64,000 nucleotides of DNA from a virus: positions 2,966 through 66,965 of IMG/VR virus record IMGVR_UViG_3300031215_000012; one strand, 5' to 3'. The notes under the pieces were generated by a model, which searched no databases, was not told the origin of the DNA, and worked only from the letters and a program-made list of their open reading frames with translations. The position numbers were made by a program, and so were the translations under genes. Shown here piece after piece: positions 62,084-64,000 of the stretch. Numbering within the stretch: the stretch's first letter is position 1; every line of letters begins with the position of its first letter.

Positions 62084-62317
62084 TCAACCAATTTCTAGGT
62101 AGTCTTTGTATTTTAAAGGTTTCATTCCTTTGCGATCACATTCAATACAAAATTCAGAGTATCTCTCAAATTGGCAATCGCTAACACTAGGTATAATTAA
62201 TGCCTCACATTCGTCACTTTTAAGCCACATATCAATTCGTTTTTCTGTATTGTCAATGTCTTTGCTCCAAAATAATTGGTCTTGGTAATCAAAGAACTTT
62301 CGTAAATATTCTCTCAT
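62084..62317 (-). CDS. cassette gene 1 (hypothetical), overlaps attC-like site
   Basis: Stop codon abuts GTTAGGG. Confidence 0.55.
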   Translation of the reverse strand: MREYLRKFFDYQDQLFWSKDIDNTEKRIDMWLKSDECEALIIPSVSDCQFERYSEFCIECDRKGMKPLKYKDYLEIG

Positions 62318-62372
62318 TTTATAAAGTTTTTAGTTTAATAAATCGGCACTAACCATACCCTTTTCATTAGGG
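62179..62372 (+). mobile_element. attC-like site 1 (degenerate R')
   Basis: CGCTAAC..GGTATAATTAATGCC / GGCACTAACCATACC..ATTAGGG. Confidence 0.5.
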
Positions 62373-62376
62373 TGCA

Positions 62377-62598
62377 TTAACCCGCTCGAAAATCAGATAG
62401 TAATTTAAACGGTTCGCCTTTTATACCAGAGTAATCCCCTTCTTCCGTAATTGTCGCTTTATCCCAAATATCTTTACCTTCATCAAGAGAGCCTTTTTTA
62501 GCAAGTTCAACAACTTCTGTTTCGTTATTAGCTACTATTACGTGACCCATATAAGCATCGTAATTAAATTCCGTGTGTTCTATTAAGTATATTTTCAT
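62377..62598 (-). CDS. cassette gene 2 (hypothetical)
   Basis: Start re-assigned to MKIYLIEH; ends in FRAG. Confidence 0.6.
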   Translation of the reverse strand: MKIYLIEHTEFNYDAYMGHVIVANNETEVVELAKKGSLDEGKDIWDKATITEEGDYSGIKGEPFKLLSDFRAG

Positions 62599-62610
62599 AA
62601 ATATAACTGT

Positions 62611-62701
62611 TGCTAACAAGCAATATATGTAATTGCCTATTAAGGTTTTACTAAATTTCAAGTTTCTACAAGGCAACTACATATATTGCCAGCCGTTGTG
62701 T
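62611..62701 (+). mobile_element. attC-like site 2
   Basis: TGCTAAC-aa-19-bp arm...arm (18/19 paired)-cagcc-GTTGTGT. Confidence 0.7.
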
Positions 62702-62707
62702 GTAATA

Positions 62708-62902
62708 CTAAACTAGTAACTTTTTAAGATTTTGAGAAACCATTTTTAATTGTCGCCATTTAATATCACATTTCATAGCATTTTCAAAGTCGTTATCTTC
62801 TTTGTACTCTGTGCAATAGTCATTTAACTGCTTACATCTTGCATCAATTTTACTTATTTCACTTACTAATTTTTCGTATAAAGATTTTTTCATTTTAATC
62901 AA
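62708..62902 (-). CDS. cassette gene 3 (hypothetical)
   Basis: Bounded by complementary GTTGTGT/ACACAAC. Confidence 0.55.
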   Translation of the reverse strand: MIKMKKSLYEKLVSEISKIDARCKQLNDYCTEYKEDNDFENAMKCDIKWRQLKMVSQNLKKLLV

Positions 62903-62924
62903 TTTTATGCGAAACCATCGTACT

Positions 62925-63056
62925 ACACAACACCATATATAAAAAATAGCTTTTAAAGCGTTTAATTCGTTGGTCTTTGCTTGTTTATATTTTTAGTTTT
63001 TTAATTGGTTGTTACTGCTTTTCTACACGCTACATTTCATATACAACACGTTATGT
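62925..63056 (+). mobile_element. attC-like site 3
   Basis: ACACAAC..tatataaaaaatagc / gctacatttcatatac..GTTATGT. Confidence 0.6.
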
Positions 63057-63075
63057 GTAATGCTACTCAATCTAC

Positions 63076-63390
63076 TTACCAATCTTTTTTCATTTCTTCA
63101 TTCCAGCAAGTTGCACAGCATATATTATCTCCCATTAAATCCTCAAAAGTGCCACAATAATAACAACTGAAAGTAACTATCTCGTTTATTTTTCCATTTA
63201 GTAAAATAAATTGGTCGAAGTCCCTGCCTTCAATTCTGAATCTGATTACAAGTTCATTTTTTTTACAAAGATTTTCATTAAATTCAACGATACCTATTTG
63301 TGCAGGTGCAGGGTTTGGAAATCCACCAAGGGGTTGTAATGTTTTTACTTGTTGACCTGCCCATATTTCAAAACCATTAATATCTTTCAT
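63076..63390 (-). CDS. hypothetical early protein (YopX-like start, C-terminal Cys cluster)
   Basis: Start re-assigned to MKDINGFEI; the track's start lies inside the promoter. Confidence 0.6.
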   Translation of the reverse strand: MKDINGFEIWAGQQVKTLQPLGGFPNPAPAQIGIVEFNENLCKKNELVIRFRIEGRDFDQFILLNGKINEIVTFSCYYCGTFEDLMGDNICCATCWNEEMKKDW

Positions 63391-63474
63391 AGTACAAGAT
63401 TTAGAGTTAAACTGTTCGAGGACTATCCCCTCACCAGCAATACTAAGATACACATTTATTATGACAATAACAAA
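63391..63474 (-). promoter_or_regulatory. early promoter plus hairpin leader
   Basis: TTTG-N20-TATCTTAG; GAGG..CCTC hairpin. Confidence 0.75.
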
Positions 63475-63522
63475 TTTATAGAGAAATAGTTTTATTATTT
63501 TTATTTATAAGAATAGAAATCT

Positions 63523-63571
63523 TATAGATTAGGAGTTCATATTGTGTATTACATTAACATATATGTTATAA
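63523..63571 (+). other. attI-like recombination site, copy 2
   Basis: 38 bp identical to 62035..62072; TAAC-N6-GTTATAA core. Confidence 0.5.
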
Positions 63572-63584
63572 ACAATAAAAATTA

Positions 63585-63806
63585 TTACTTAGGTATTTTT
63601 GGTAAAGGCATCCAGTATTTTACATTACTTGGTTTTCCAGTCCAATCTTTTTGCCACCCCGTTATATTTTGTTCTTTAAAGTAAAATATTATTTCAATTT
63701 CATCTTTATACACTTCATTGTGGTTTTCGTCTGTGTGGCTTTGTAGTACATTTTTAGCTACCAAGTAAAAACCCGCTTTGTTTGGTAATTCTGTTTTCCA
63801 TTCCAT
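63585..63806 (-). CDS. cassette gene 4 (DUF551-like)
   Basis: W...LP...G.YLV...VKYWMPLP; bounded by GTTATAAA/TTTATAAC. Confidence 0.65.
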   Translation of the reverse strand: MEWKTELPNKAGFYLVAKNVLQSHTDENHNEVYKDEIEIIFYFKEQNITGWQKDWTGKPSNVKYWMPLPKIPK

Positions 63807-63823
63807 AATTTTAATTAAAATAT

Positions 63824-63881
63824 TTATAACACTGCATTAATAACAATTCGTTCCTCACGGTTATTACACTGTTCGTTAGGG
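63824..63881 (+). mobile_element. attC-like site 4 (58 bp)
   Basis: TTATAAC..taataac / gttatta..GTTAGGG. Confidence 0.55.
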
Positions 63882-63887
63882 CAAATA

Positions 63888-64000
63888 CTAATTTTCGTCT
63901 ATAAATACAGTTTTAGTCATGTCTAACCAAACAGGCGGTTGCGTTTTCCCACTTAATACACCTATCCATAATTTACCGTGAAAAAGAAACTTTAACCTTT
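63888..64000 (-). CDS. cassette gene 5, partial
   Basis: ...RLKFLFHGKLWIGVLSGKTQPPVWLD...EN*; stop 6 nt from GTTAGGG. Confidence 0.55.
   Translation of the reverse strand, partial: RLKFLFHGKLWIGVLSGKTQPPVWLDMTKTVFIDEN

Noticed and set aside
2426-62288. Most short antisense ORFs in the track (e.g. 2426, 8732, 28775, 33161, 44129, 45153)
   Set aside because: Fully overlap well-supported genes on the other strand and lack recognisable motifs.
1-64000. Alternative genetic code (TAG or TGA reassigned)
   Set aside because: Long conserved genes are uninterrupted in code 11, and TAG/TGA end genes at expected C-termini (nrdA ends TAG TAA).
61950-64000. CRISPR array
   Set aside because: Repeats are variable-length palindromes separated by whole genes, not identical repeats with 30-40-bp spacers; no cas operon.
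1-64000. tRNA or rRNA genes
   Set aside because: No cloverleaf with T-loop/D-loop consensus seen in the intergenic gaps by eye; tRNAscan-SE would confirm.

Overview
AT-rich (roughly 28% GC by eye) segment of a large T4-like myovirus (jumbo-phage-type) genome, almost all on the minus strand. The host is most likely Bacteroidota/Flavobacteriia: promoters match TTTG-N19-20-TAnnTTTG and genes have A-rich, SD-less leaders. 1-20.6 kb is a baseplate/neck/tail module that also holds an amidoligase, a ribosomal protein S1 homologue and a collagen-like fibre. 21-52 kb has class Ia RNR (nrdA/nrdB), large and small terminase, a gp14-like neck protein, an M15 endolysin, two glycosylation/sulfation clusters and many small genes with a T4-like capsid-targeting N-terminus (MKx..FLNE). 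Both nrdA and terL are fractured genes carrying split inteins with an endonuclease (remnant or intact) between the halves; the TerL intein is atypically split. 52-64 kb is an early/accessory region with repeated promoter-plus-hairpin leaders, many decayed genes, a repeat-bearing helicase and, at 62-64 kb, what looks like a phage-borne integron-like cassette system (two copies of an attI-like site, four attC-like palindromes, one gene per cassette, no integrase in the window). All calls come from reading motifs by eye; no database searches were run.
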